A stretch of DNA of 64,000 nt from an uncultured Chloroflexia bacterium (GTDB lineage: Bacteria > Chloroflexota > Limnocylindria > Limnocylindrales > CSP1-4), in NCBI GenBank assembly GCA_963749705.1, contig CAVVNQ010000008.1, forward strand, positions 96,001 to 160,000, in the 5' to 3' direction. Below, piece after piece: positions 1-9,981 of the stretch (position 1 is its first letter; each line of letters starts with the position of its first letter). A program made the translations under genes and the position numbers. The notes beneath the pieces were generated by a model that was given only the letters and a program-made list of their open reading frames with translations, ran no database searches and was not told the origin of the DNA.

Positions 1-813
1 GAACGGGCCGGCGCCGTCGATCGCGGCGGCCTCGTCCATCTCGCGCGGAATGGTCAGCATGTACTGGCGCAACAGGAACACGTCGTAGGCGTTGGCAAAG
101 AAGGTCGGGATCAGCAGCGGGAGCCACGTCCCCACCCAGCCGATCTTGGCGAACATCGTGTACGTGGGCACGATCGTGACCGCCGCCGGCAGGAAGACCG
201 TGGCGATCAGGACGGTGAACAGGAGCGAACGGCCGGGGAACCGGAAACGTGCGAACCCATAGGCGACCAGGGTGCACGACACGACGGTGCCCACCATCCC
301 GATCAGCGAGATCACGACGGTGTTGAACAGCAGCCGCGGGAAGTCGATCAGGTCCCACACGTCCGCGTAGTTCTGCCACGCGGGCGACAGCGTCCATGCC
401 CGCTCCAGCGTCCGCCACGATCCGTCCCACGTGATCAGCCCGGCATCGGGGCTGGCGGGATCGATGAACTGGCTCTGCTGGCGGCCCGGCATGACCAGCG
501 CCAGCGTCCGGTCCACGCCGTCGACCGGGACCAGGTAGACGTCGTAATCCTTGCCCTCCCAGGTGAACGTCTGGGGCACCGACGGGAGGAACGGCGAGCT
601 CGTCTCCGACAGCTGCGCCGGGGTCTTGAGCGACACCATGACCGAACGCAGGATCGGCGACAGGAAGGCGGCCAGGACCACCACGATCACGAACGTGAAC
701 ACGAACGAGCGTCCGACCTCTCTCGGTCGACCCGGCCGAAGCCGGGCCAGGAGCGGCCGCTGCGGCGCCCCTGCCAGCTGGAGGTCCCTGGATCGTCCGA
801 TCGGGGTTGCCAC
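1..813 (-). CDS. Carbohydrate ABC transporter permease (MalG-like), 3' end runs off window
   Basis: Manual translation from GTG 813: hydrophobic segments and EAA loop LTIPREMDEAAAIDGAG near position 1-60; directly follows the MalF-like permease. Confidence 0.9.
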   Translation of the reverse strand, partial: MATPIGRSRDLQLAGAPQRPLLARLRPGRPREVGRSFVFTFVIVVVLAAFLSPILRSVMVSLKTPAQLSETSSPFLPSVPQTFTWEGKDYDVYLVPVDGVDRTLALVMPGRQQSQFIDPASPDAGLITWDGSWRTLERAWTLSPAWQNYADVWDLIDFPRLLFNTVVISLIGMVGTVVSCTLVAYGFARFRFPGRSLLFTVLIATVFLPAAVTIVPTYTMFAKIGWVGTWLPLLIPTFFANAYDVFLLRQYMLTIPREMDEAAAIDGAGPF

Positions 814-821
814 CGCGCGCC

Positions 822-1790
822 CTACCGCTCGCCCGCGTAGTAGACCCAGCGCCGTGACGTCCGGAACACGACCAGCGCCGTGATCAACGTGACCACGAAC
901 AGGAGCCACGCGAGGGTCGCCCCGTAGGCCATGTTCTGGTACGTGAAGAAGTTCTTGTACAGGTACAGGTTGAAGAAGAACGTGGTTCCCCCGGGCTCAC
1001 CGGTGCCGTTGTTGAGCACCAATGGGACGAGGAAGTACTGGAGCACCTCCACGATGCCGAGCACGAGCGTGTAGAAGATGACCGGCGACATCATCGGCAA
1101 CGTCACGTGTCGCAACGACGCCCACCAGCCTGCGCCGTCGATCCGCGCGGCGTCGTACAGCTCCGACGGGATCCCCCGCAGCCCGGCCAGGTTGACGATG
1201 ATCCCGGCCCCGACCCCCCAGATGCCGATGAACACGAGGGCCGGGTAGATGACCGCGGTGTCGTTAAGCCAGTTGGGCGGGTTCTCGATTCCGGTGAACC
1301 GCAGGAATTCGTTGACCCAGCCGGTCTCCAGGTTGAGCATGCCCTGCCAGATCAGGACCCCCGAGACGAACGGGATCACGTAGGGCATGAAGAACAGGAC
1401 CCGGAAGATCCCGGGGCCCTTGAGGTACCTGCTGTTGAGCGCGAGCGCCAGCATCAACGGCAGCACGATGGCGACCGGCAGCTGGAGCAGCGCGAAGCGG
1501 ATGGTGACGCCCAGCGAATCCCAGGTCTGGTGGTCGGCCAGCAGCGTCTGCCAGTTGCGGAGCCCGATGAACGCGAGCGGCTCCTCCTGGGCGAGGTTGA
1601 TGTTGGTGAACGTGAACAACAGGGACGCCACCATCGGCGCCAGCGTGAACACGACGAATCCGATGATCCACGGCGCCAGGAACAGGTAGCCCCAGCGCGC
1701 CTCACGCCAGGCGAGGCGCGACATGCGGAACACCTCCGGACGCCGCGGGCGACGGCGCAGGGGGCGGGCGGGCTGCGTGACGGCCGTCAC
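822..1790 (-). CDS. Carbohydrate ABC transporter permease (MalF-like)
   Basis: GYLFLAPWIIGF N-terminal motif; EAA loop LRGIPSELYDAARIDGAGWW; start uncertain (GTG 1790 or ATG 1724). Confidence 0.93.
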   Translation of the reverse strand: MTAVTQPARPLRRRPRRPEVFRMSRLAWREARWGYLFLAPWIIGFVVFTLAPMVASLLFTFTNINLAQEEPLAFIGLRNWQTLLADHQTWDSLGVTIRFALLQLPVAIVLPLMLALALNSRYLKGPGIFRVLFFMPYVIPFVSGVLIWQGMLNLETGWVNEFLRFTGIENPPNWLNDTAVIYPALVFIGIWGVGAGIIVNLAGLRGIPSELYDAARIDGAGWWASLRHVTLPMMSPVIFYTLVLGIVEVLQYFLVPLVLNNGTGEPGGTTFFFNLYLYKNFFTYQNMAYGATLAWLLFVVTLITALVVFRTSRRWVYYAGER

Positions 1791-1909
1791 GAGGTGGGCC
1801 GGCTGGCGATCATCGGTCCCTCGGATGGTGTGCCTGTGTCCCCGTCCGACGGTGAGTGCGGACGGGGACACGATGAGGCCGGCGGGTCCGGCCGTGCCAG
1901 GTCAGGACG

Positions 1910-3355
1910 CTACTGCTGCTTGTCCCAGATTGCCTGGATCTCGGCGCGCAGCGCCTCGAACTCCTGGCTCATGTTGAGGCCCTGGTCCGTCTGCCACTTG
2001 GTCGTGTACTTGCCGCCCGAGCCCACGAGGCCGAGGGTCTCGTTGTAGGCGGGCATGTACGACTCGAAGTTCGGGTTGTCGGCAAACTGGATGCTGTCGA
2101 TGGCGACCTGCCAGTCGGGCTTCTGGGTGAACGTCTCGTCCTGGCCTGCGAAGAAGGAATCCTGGTTGGCGGTCAGGGCGGGCATGCCGCCGTACGTCGC
2201 CAGCAGCTCCGGGGCGCCGGTGCCCAGGAGGTAGCTCAGCACCTCGAACGCCTGGTCCGGGTGCTTTGTGCCCTTGAGGATTCGGAAGGTGTCAGCGTTG
2301 AACGCGGACGTGACCTGGCCGTTGTAGCTGGGGATGATCCCCATGTCCCAGTCACCATCGAGGCCCTCGAGGCCGTAGGTCGACCACAGGAAGTTCTCGC
2401 TCATCGCGATCTTGCCGGTGAAGAACGGGTAGTCCTCGGGGTTGATGTCCGGGCTGCTGAACACGGGCCCGGTCATCGAGAAGTGGTCGGTCCACATGCC
2501 GTCGTACCAGAACTGCCAGGCGGCCTTCCAGGCGTCCGGGATCTGGGCGGTCTTGCCGTCCGCTCCGCCGGCGAGCGTCCCCGCACCGAAATAGGCGCCC
2601 ATGCCTCGCAGGTCGTCGCGCTGCGGCTCGAAGCCCCACTGGACGATGTTCTTGGGATCGAAGCCGGCCTGGCTCGCGTCCTTGCCGCTCTTGTCCACGG
2701 TCAGGATCTTTGCGACTTGCCTGATCGTGTCGTAGGTCCAGTCCACCTGCGACCCGTCGGGCATCGTGTACTTGTCGCCGTACTTGTGCGGCGGCTCGTT
2801 GAGGCCCGCCTCCGCGAACAGGCTCTTGGAGTAGAACAGGACGGACGGGTAGATCGCGAACGGGATCCCGACCTGGCCCTCGTCGAGCTTGTAGATATTG
2901 ACCGCGTCGGACGGGAATCCGCTCAGGTCGTAGCTCGTCTTCTGGATCAGGGGCGCGAGGTCGAGCCACTGCCCGTGGAAGGCGTTGGCGCCGCCGATGC
3001 CCACCGGGCCCACGATGTCGGGCCCGTTGCCCGAGGCGATCTCGGTGGCCAGGGCATCGTTCGCGCCGGCGTAGGGCACCGCCTCGAACGTCAGCTTGAT
3101 GTTCGGGTGGCTGGCGTTGAACTCGTCGACGACCTGCTTCTCGACCGCGACCTGCTCGGGGGCGTCGCCACCGCCGAGGCAGCAATACCAGCGGATCTCC
3201 ACCTGGCCGGCGGCCGCCGACTCGGCGGGCGCGGATCCGGTGGCACCCGGCTCGGGGGTCGCGCCGCCGGGCGCGGTCGTCGGGGTGCTGCTCCCGCATG
3301 CACCGGCCACGAGCGCCAGCACACCGGCTGCCGCGAAGGCCTTGATCGCTCGCAT
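1910..3355 (-). CDS. Sugar ABC transporter substrate-binding lipoprotein
   Basis: Signal peptide with lipobox VAGAC, Pro/Ala/Thr linker, EFNASHPNIKLTFE motif; GAGGAG SD before ATG 3355. Confidence 0.92.
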   Translation of the reverse strand: MRAIKAFAAAGVLALVAGACGSSTPTTAPGGATPEPGATGSAPAESAAAGQVEIRWYCCLGGGDAPEQVAVEKQVVDEFNASHPNIKLTFEAVPYAGANDALATEIASGNGPDIVGPVGIGGANAFHGQWLDLAPLIQKTSYDLSGFPSDAVNIYKLDEGQVGIPFAIYPSVLFYSKSLFAEAGLNEPPHKYGDKYTMPDGSQVDWTYDTIRQVAKILTVDKSGKDASQAGFDPKNIVQWGFEPQRDDLRGMGAYFGAGTLAGGADGKTAQIPDAWKAAWQFWYDGMWTDHFSMTGPVFSSPDINPEDYPFFTGKIAMSENFLWSTYGLEGLDGDWDMGIIPSYNGQVTSAFNADTFRILKGTKHPDQAFEVLSYLLGTGAPELLATYGGMPALTANQDSFFAGQDETFTQKPDWQVAIDSIQFADNPNFESYMPAYNETLGLVGSGGKYTTKWQTDQGLNMSQEFEALRAEIQAIWDKQQ

Positions 3356-3399
3356 CTGCTCCTCCTCCTGTCGTGGCCTGCCGCCGACGATCGGCGGCA

Positions 3400-4224
3400 C
3401 TAGGTCTGTCGGTGGGCCTGGCGTGCGCCGATCCCGAACCCGGCACTGACCCGGTCCGGGTTGGTGCCCCCGGACCGGGACCCGGATCGGACGACGACCC
3501 GTTCCACGTAGTAGCGCGTCCGGTCACCCCGGACGAATGAGCGGGCGAACTCGACTGGCCGGCCGCCACGGTCGTACGCGAGCCCTTCGATCAGGAGCGC
3601 CGGCCGGTGCGGCTCGACCCCCAGCAGGCGTGCCTCGCGCGCGGGCAAGGCGATCGGCTCGAGCGCTTCGCGCGCACGGACGACGGGGGTGTCGTAGCGC
3701 TCCGTGAGGAGCTCGTACAGCGAGCCGCCCTCGAGATCCCCGGCAAGGAGCCCGGGGAACCGCGCTTCCGGCAGGAACACCTGCTCGAGGAGCAGGGGCT
3801 CACCGTCGGCCATCCGCAGGCGCTCGAGATGGACGACGGATGCGCCGGCCGCGATCTCGAGGGCATCGGCGACGCCAAGCTCGGCGGGCAGCGTCCGGGC
3901 CGTGACCACGCGGGTCGCGGGGTCGTGCCCCAGGTGCTGGATCTCCTCGCTGAACGACATCGTCCCGTCGAGGTCGAGGTCGATGGGCGGGCTGGTGACG
4001 AACGTGCCGCGACCCCGCGCCCGCTCCAGGCGTCGCTCGCGGGCCAGGTCCCCGAGCGCGCGTCGGACGGTGATCAGGCTGCAGCCGTAGCGCGAGGCCA
4101 GCTCCCGCTCGGGTGGCAGCCGGTCGCCCGGTCGCCACTCACCCGCGTCGATGGCGGCGCGCAGGTCGAGGTACACCTGGTGGTGCAGCGGAACCGGGCC
4201 TGCGAGGAGTCGAAACCGTGCCAT
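3400..4224 (-). CDS. GntR/HutC family regulator (wHTH + UTRA)
   Basis: PGDRLPPERELASRYGCSLITVRRAL HTH and UTRA C-terminus GRPVEFARSFVRGDR. Confidence 0.95.
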   Translation of the reverse strand: MARFRLLAGPVPLHHQVYLDLRAAIDAGEWRPGDRLPPERELASRYGCSLITVRRALGDLARERRLERARGRGTFVTSPPIDLDLDGTMSFSEEIQHLGHDPATRVVTARTLPAELGVADALEIAAGASVVHLERLRMADGEPLLLEQVFLPEARFPGLLAGDLEGGSLYELLTERYDTPVVRAREALEPIALPAREARLLGVEPHRPALLIEGLAYDRGGRPVEFARSFVRGDRTRYYVERVVVRSGSRSGGTNPDRVSAGFGIGARQAHRQT

Positions 4225-4259
4225 GTGAGCGCGCCGGCGACCTCTTGCCGATGGGAGAC

Positions 4260-4289
4260 TTGCTGATAAGGTTATAAGCAATCTGTCAA
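4260..4289. promoter_or_regulatory. Palindromic operator (likely GntR) and adjacent -35 between divergent gntR and GH4 genes
   Basis: TTGCTGATAA-GG-TTATAAGCAA (9/10 inverted repeat, 4260-4281) in an AT-rich patch; perfect TTGACA on minus strand at 4284-4289. Confidence 0.7.
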
Positions 4290-4326
4290 GGGTTGGCCAT
4301 GCGTGGCCGACAACGAGGTGCCGTCG

Positions 4327-5604
4327 ATGAGCCTCAAGATCGCGGTGGTGGGCGGGGGAAGCACGTACACTCCCGAGCTCGTCGAGGGCTTCGCGCACCG
4401 CGCCGCCGTGCTCCCGATCAGCGAATTGGTGCTCCAGGACCCGGACGCCGAGCGGCTGGAGATCGTCGGCGGTCTCGCGGGACGGATCCTCCACGCCGCG
4501 GGATGGCCCGGGCGGCTCGTCCTGACCGGCGACCGGAGCGCGGCGCTCGACGGCGCCACCTACACCCTGATCCAGCTGCGGGTGGGCGGCCAGGCGGCCA
4601 GGCTCGTGGACGAGACCCTGCCCCATCGCTTCGGCATGATCGGCCAGGAGACGACCGGGCCAGGTGGCTTCGCGAAGGCGCTCCGAACGGTCCCGCTCGT
4701 GCTCGAGATCGCGGAGGAGGCGACCCGACGAGGCGCCCCGGGCGGCTGGATCCTGGACTTCACCAATCCGGTCGGGATCGTGACGCAGGCGCTGCTCGAC
4801 GCCGGGTACCGAGCCCTCGGACTGTGCAACGTGGCGATCGGCTTCCAGCGGGCGTTCGCGCGACGGCTCTCGGTGGCGCCGGAGCGGGTGACGCTGGACC
4901 ACGTCGGGCTCAATCACCTCACCTGGATCCGCGAGGTGCGCGTCGACGGCAAGGACCGCCTCCCCTCCCTGATCGAGGCGGGCGATCCGATCGTGACCGC
5001 GGACGATCACTTTCCGCTGGCGCTGGTCCGGGCACTGGGCGCCGTGCCGTCCTACTACCTGCGCTACTACTACGCCACCGGTGACGTGCTGCGGGAGCAG
5101 CTCGACGGCGCCAGCCGCGCGACCGACGTGATCAACATCGAGCGCGAGCTGCTCGAGCTGTATCGCGATCCCACGCTGGCCCGCAAGCCGGCGCTGCTCG
5201 AGCAGCGCGGAGGGGCCTACTACAGCGAGGCGGCGGCCGCCCTGATCGAGTCGCTGCACACTGGCGATGGCGCCATCCACGTGGTCGACGTGCGCAACGA
5301 CGGGGCGATCCCCAACCTGCCGCCCGATGCCGTGGTCGAGGTGGCTTCGAGGATCGATCGCGCCGGCGCCCATCCGCTGCCGACCGCGCCGCTCGCGCCG
5401 GAGCTGCTGGGCCTCGTGCAGCACGTCAAGGCGTACGAGACGCAGGCGATCCGTGCGGCGTTGAGCGGCGACGACCGCGACGCCATCCGGGCGCTGATCG
5501 CGAATCCCCTGGTGCCCGCGGGCGTGGCTCCGCCGCTGCTCGACGCGCTCATCGAGGCGAACCTCCCGTACCTGCCCCGGTTCGCCCGGGCGGCGCCCGG
5601 GTAG
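4327..5604 (+). CDS. Family 4 glycoside hydrolase (6-phospho-beta-glucosidase-like)
   Basis: KIAVVGGGSTYTPEL, GQETTGPGG, DFTNPVG, GLCN, GLNHL, RGGAYYSEAA motifs. Confidence 0.95.
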   Translation: MSLKIAVVGGGSTYTPELVEGFAHRAAVLPISELVLQDPDAERLEIVGGLAGRILHAAGWPGRLVLTGDRSAALDGATYTLIQLRVGGQAARLVDETLPHRFGMIGQETTGPGGFAKALRTVPLVLEIAEEATRRGAPGGWILDFTNPVGIVTQALLDAGYRALGLCNVAIGFQRAFARRLSVAPERVTLDHVGLNHLTWIREVRVDGKDRLPSLIEAGDPIVTADDHFPLALVRALGAVPSYYLRYYYATGDVLREQLDGASRATDVINIERELLELYRDPTLARKPALLEQRGGAYYSEAAAALIESLHTGDGAIHVVDVRNDGAIPNLPPDAVVEVASRIDRAGAHPLPTAPLAPELLGLVQHVKAYETQAIRAALSGDDRDAIRALIANPLVPAGVAPPLLDALIEANLPYLPRFARAAPG

Positions 5605-5637
5605 CGGACCGGCACCGCAGCCGCCGCGGCGATCCGG

Positions 5638-6798
5638 TCAGCCGAGCCGGGCCTCGGTGGCGGTCTCGAGCAGCCGGTCGATCTCGAGGTGCTCCCACAC
5701 CAGCTCCTTGATCATCGAGATCTTGTCCGCATCGGCGGCATGCGTCTTGACCAGCAGGTCGTGCACCTCGGACGCGACGGCATAGGTGTCCTCCGCGACC
5801 AGGGCGGCGAACAGGCCGGCCTCGTGGATCGCGGCCAGGACCTCGCGGCGCGGCTGGTAGCCCCCGGTGAGGAGCAGCCCGATGGCCGCGCCCTCGGGTC
5901 CGGCCTCGACCGCGCCCGGCGTGGCCCCGACGAGGCGGTCGAGCGCGGCGGCACGCGCGCGGCCGGTGAGGTGCGCGGTGGTGATGGTCAGGATCACGTC
6001 CTCGCGGTCACCGGGAACGATGACCAGCGTCCCCTGCCGGACGCGCTCCAGCATGTGGCGCGGCTCCATCGCTCCGATTGCGACGTCGTCGATCACGCGG
6101 TCCAGGCTGCGACCGGGATGGATGACCCGGCCGGCCACGCCCTCGAGGATCATGCCCAGCGTCGGGTTGGACAGGATCGGACGGTACGGGAGCACGCCCA
6201 GCAGCGGGATCCCGTGGCGCGCCAGGCCCCGCTCCAGCGTGTGCTGGATGCCCGGCTGCTCCGCGATCCGCACCTTGTTGACGATCGCCCCCGCAACCGG
6301 CACCCCGTGCGCGGCGAAGTGCGAGGCGTTGAGCACGATCTCGTCGATCGGCCGGCCCACGCCGCCCTCGGACACGATCACCGCGGGGGCGCCGAGCAGC
6401 CGCGCGACGACCGCGTTCGAGAGGCCGATCACCGCGCCGACCCCGGCATGGCCGGTACCCTCGATCAGCAGCACGTCGTGGTCGGCGAACCGGCGATGCG
6501 CGGCGCGGATCCGCGCGCCGAGATCCTCCACGACGTCGCCGGCGATATACCGCTTGGTGAACCCGCGGGGAATGTGCACGGGGCTCATGGCCGAGTACGG
6601 CTCGGCGAGGTCGAAGATCGTGCGCATCAGCACCGCGTCCTCGTCGGCGGGCTGGCCGTCGTCGATCACCGTCCGCTGCCCGACGGGCTTCATGAACCCG
6701 GTGCGCATGCCGCGTCGCACGAACCCGTCCAGGAGTCCCAGCGAGGCGGTGGTCTTGCCGCGGTTCTGGCCGGTGGCGGCGAGGTACAGGTGACGCAT
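5638..6798 (-). CDS. Stand-alone phosphotransacetylase N-terminal-like protein (BioD-like P-loop + DRTGG)
   Basis: ATGQNRGKTT P-loop, GFMKPVG, LIEGTGH, IVPGDRED and LLTGG DRTGG motifs; no Pta catalytic domain. Confidence 0.85.
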   Translation of the reverse strand: MRHLYLAATGQNRGKTTASLGLLDGFVRRGMRTGFMKPVGQRTVIDDGQPADEDAVLMRTIFDLAEPYSAMSPVHIPRGFTKRYIAGDVVEDLGARIRAAHRRFADHDVLLIEGTGHAGVGAVIGLSNAVVARLLGAPAVIVSEGGVGRPIDEIVLNASHFAAHGVPVAGAIVNKVRIAEQPGIQHTLERGLARHGIPLLGVLPYRPILSNPTLGMILEGVAGRVIHPGRSLDRVIDDVAIGAMEPRHMLERVRQGTLVIVPGDREDVILTITTAHLTGRARAAALDRLVGATPGAVEAGPEGAAIGLLLTGGYQPRREVLAAIHEAGLFAALVAEDTYAVASEVHDLLVKTHAADADKISMIKELVWEHLEIDRLLETATEARLG

Positions 6799-6829
6799 CG
6801 TGGGCCCGGCTGGTCGCCTTGCCGGGACT

Positions 6830-7435
6830 TCAGCCGCGCGGGGCGGTCTTGCGCTCGATCAGCTGGACGGCTTCGCGCAGCCGGGTGAGCGACTCCTCGT
6901 CCACGCTGTCCGGTTCAAGGTACGGGCCGAGGCGCTCCATGATGTCGGTCACCAGGCCCAGGAACACGGCCGCATCGGCGACGAAGAACTGGGGCTCGTT
7001 GTTGTAGCGGACCATCGTCAGGCGGCCCTGGAGGACGCGTCGCTCCTCGACGTGGGCGATCTGGGTCGCGAAGTTGTGGCCCTGGATCCCGTCCGGGTTG
7101 TTGAGGTAGTTGAGCGCGTTGTCGATGGCCAGGCCGAACCGGGCGCGCCAGGCCACGAGCCGCTCGTGGACCTCGGGCGGGATGCGGACCTCGGCGACCT
7201 CCTCGAACACCTCCGGGGCGACCGTCACCAGGCCCACCAGGGTGGTGCCGGCCCGTGCACCGAGCATCACCTGGAGGCTCCGCTCGAGGGTGAACACCTC
7301 GGAGTCGAACCGGGGGCTGGTGATCACATCGGTGAGGAGGTCCTCGACGTTGTCCAGGCTGCCCGGATCGGCCAGCGCGTTCGCGAGGTGGAGGATCTCC
7401 TCCTTGAACAGGAACTTCTCCTCGTGGTCGAGCAT
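6830..7435 (-). CDS. Hypothetical soluble acidic protein (201 aa)
   Basis: Protein-like composition from MLDHEEKFLFKEE; TACCAT -10 box 6 nt upstream of ATG; no family recognised. Confidence 0.8.
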   Translation of the reverse strand: MLDHEEKFLFKEEILHLANALADPGSLDNVEDLLTDVITSPRFDSEVFTLERSLQVMLGARAGTTLVGLVTVAPEVFEEVAEVRIPPEVHERLVAWRARFGLAIDNALNYLNNPDGIQGHNFATQIAHVEERRVLQGRLTMVRYNNEPQFFVADAAVFLGLVTDIMERLGPYLEPDSVDEESLTRLREAVQLIERKTAPRG

Positions 7436-7571
7436 GGCGGGATGGTAGCAGGGCACCGGACCGTCGCCTGAGGGCACCGAGACGCTCGAAATCGGCGCTG
7501 CGGCGCCTGGCCGCGCTCGGCGCTCGGCTCCGGCCGGGCCGGGCTCGGAACGACAGGCAGGGCCGGAATCA

Positions 7572-7599
7572 GAACGGCCCGGCGCGGGCCGGGCCGTTC
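7572..7599 (-). terminator. Hairpin downstream of gdhA
   Basis: GAACGGCCCGGC-gcgg-GCCGGGCCGTTC perfect 12-bp stem about 20 nt after the gdhA stop; weak U tract. Confidence 0.55.
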
Positions 7600-7619
7600 G
7601 AATGCTTGCGAGGTGCGAT

Positions 7620-8885
7620 CTACGGGTACAGGCCCCGCAGCGCGGTGGCGTCGGCGACGCGCTGGACCGCGTTGAGGTATGCGCCGGTGCGCATGTTGAC
7701 CTGCTCACGCTCGGAGATGGCGAGGACCTCCTCGAACGCCTTGACCATGATGATCTTGAGCTTGGCGTTGACGTCGGCCTCGGTCCAGTGGTCCCGGTTG
7801 AGGTCCTGGACCCACTCGAAGTAGCTGACGGTGACGCCGCCGGCGTTGCACAGGATGTCCGGGATCAGGAAGATCCCGCGGTCGTACAGGATCGCGTCGG
7901 CTTCCGGGGTCGTGGGGCCGTTCGCGGCCTCGGCCACGATCTTGGCCTTGATCCTGGCCGCGTTGGCGGTCGTGATCTGGTTCTCGAGGGCGGCCGGGAT
8001 CAGGACGTCGCACTCGGTCTCGAGGACCTCGGCGTTGGTGATGTTCTCGGCACCCGGGAAGCCCTTGACGGTCCCGTGCTCGGCCTTCCAGTTGATGACG
8101 CGAGCGATATCGAGGCCGGCCATGTTGCGGATGCCACCGGTCGAATCGGACACGGCCACGACGGTCGAGCCCTCCTCGACCATCAGCGTGGCTGCGATGG
8201 CGCCGGCATTGCCGAAGCCCTGGACGGCGGTCTTCGACGTCTTGAGGTCGATGCCCAGATGGCGGGCCGCCTCGACGACCGTGTACACGCAGCCGCGCGC
8301 CGTCGCCTCGTTGCGCCCTTCGGAGCCGCCCAGGCTGATGGGCTTGCCGGTGACGACGCCGGGAACCGTGTACCCGACGTGCATGGAATAGGTGTCCATG
8401 AACCAGGACATGATCTGGGGCGTCGTGTTGACGTCCGGCGCGGGGATGTCGCGCTCGGGCCCGACCAGGACCTCGATCTCGGTGAAGAAGCGGCGGCTGA
8501 GGCCTTCCAGCTCCTTCTGCGACAGCTTCTTGGGGTCGACGATCACGCCACCCTTGCCACCGCCGTACGGGATGCCCACGACCGCGCACTTCCAGGTCAT
8601 CCACATCGCGAGGGCCTTGACCTCGTCGATCGAGACGTCCTGGTGGAAGCGGATGCCACCCTTGGCCGGGCCGCGACCGAGGTTGTGCTGGACACGGAAG
8701 CCGGTGAACACCTTGACGCTGCCGTCATCCATGTGGACCGGGAAATGCACGGTGAGCTCGCGACGTGGCTCGCGGAGCACCCGGCGAAGTCCCGGATCCA
8801 GGTTCAGCCGGTCGGCCGCCAGATCGAACTGCTGCTGCGCGACGTGCCATGCATTGATGGGCGCCGTGACTTGTTCCGTCGTCAT
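7620..8885 (-). CDS. gdhA: Glutamate dehydrogenase (Glu/Leu/Phe/Val dehydrogenase)
   Basis: GPAKGGIRF, MTWKCAV, GGGKGG, DIPAPDVNT, QGFGNAG, EAANGPTT, VSYFEWVQ motifs. Confidence 0.97.
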   Translation of the reverse strand: MTTEQVTAPINAWHVAQQQFDLAADRLNLDPGLRRVLREPRRELTVHFPVHMDDGSVKVFTGFRVQHNLGRGPAKGGIRFHQDVSIDEVKALAMWMTWKCAVVGIPYGGGKGGVIVDPKKLSQKELEGLSRRFFTEIEVLVGPERDIPAPDVNTTPQIMSWFMDTYSMHVGYTVPGVVTGKPISLGGSEGRNEATARGCVYTVVEAARHLGIDLKTSKTAVQGFGNAGAIAATLMVEEGSTVVAVSDSTGGIRNMAGLDIARVINWKAEHGTVKGFPGAENITNAEVLETECDVLIPAALENQITTANAARIKAKIVAEAANGPTTPEADAILYDRGIFLIPDILCNAGGVTVSYFEWVQDLNRDHWTEADVNAKLKIIMVKAFEEVLAISEREQVNMRTGAYLNAVQRVADATALRGLYP

Positions 8886-9135
8886 TGGAACGGAGGGTCC
8901 TCTCGTGTCGGGGCAGACCGCACCGCCCCGGTTCGCTGGGCCGTCTGCCGGACGACCCCACGGGGCGCGGATCTGTCCCCAAAACGTGGCATGGCCGGGG
9001 ACGTGGCGCGCCGCCTCTGGAGTTGGAGTATAGCCGTGGTCGCCCGGGGACCATGGGCCGGTCGTCACCCGCCCGCAACCTTTCCGTCACCCATGCGACC
9101 CTGTCCTGTGGCAGGGGTCCCGCGCGCCTGCGACG

Positions 9136-9981
9136 TCAGTGCCGGCGCATCACGACGGCGCCGACGCATCCCGGCCCGAGGTGGGGACCGACCGACGGAC
9201 CGACGGTCATCGTCTGGACCCGCGCGGGATCGAGCCCGGAGCGCTCCAGGAACCGCTCCCGGAACTCCTCAACGTCCGCGTTGGTGGTGTGCAGCAACGA
9301 TGCCCGCTCGAGGGGGCTGGCCGTGAGCAGCTCGAGGGTGCGCTCGCGTGCCTTCTGGCGAGATCGGACGCGATCCGCGTTCTCGACCACGCCGTCGATC
9401 ACGGTGATGATCGGCTTGATCGAGAGCATCGTCCCCACGGCCGCCCGGGCGCCGCTGATCCGGCCACCGCGCTTGAGGTACTCGAGGGTGTCGAGGCCGA
9501 CGAACAGGTCCACGTCCGCCTTGCGGACCTCGAGCACCCGGGCGATCTCGGCGCCCGACACGCCCTCGGCCGCCAGCTCCGCACCGACCTGGGCGAGCAT
9601 GCCCACGCCCATCGACGCGGTCCGCGAGTCGATCACGTGGATCTCCCGATCGGGCAGCATCCCGCGCGCCACCTCGGCGGCCTTGAGGGTGCCCGACAGC
9701 GACCCCGACACGTTGACGCACACGACCGCCTCGGCCCCGCCGTCGAACGCCCGCTGGAACTCGGTCAGGAAGTCCCCGGGCGCCGCGGCGGCGGTCGTCG
9801 GAAATGGGGCGTCGGGGGCGGTCATCCTCGCCCAGAACTGGTCCGTCGTGAGGGTGACGTTGGGCCGGAAGCTCTCGGCCCCGAAGCTGACCACGAGCGG
9901 GACGACGACGATCCCCAGCCGGGCGGCCTCCTCGGGCGGCAGGTCGCTCGCGGAGTCGGTGACGATCGCGACGTGAGACAC
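9136..9981 (-). CDS. DegV family fatty-acid-binding protein
   Basis: IVTDSASDLP, SGSLSGT, LEYLKRGGRI, HLGPG motifs. Confidence 0.95.
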   Translation of the reverse strand: MSHVAIVTDSASDLPPEEAARLGIVVVPLVVSFGAESFRPNVTLTTDQFWARMTAPDAPFPTTAAAAPGDFLTEFQRAFDGGAEAVVCVNVSGSLSGTLKAAEVARGMLPDREIHVIDSRTASMGVGMLAQVGAELAAEGVSGAEIARVLEVRKADVDLFVGLDTLEYLKRGGRISGARAAVGTMLSIKPIITVIDGVVENADRVRSRQKARERTLELLTASPLERASLLHTTNADVEEFRERFLERSGLDPARVQTMTVGPSVGPHLGPGCVGAVVMRRH

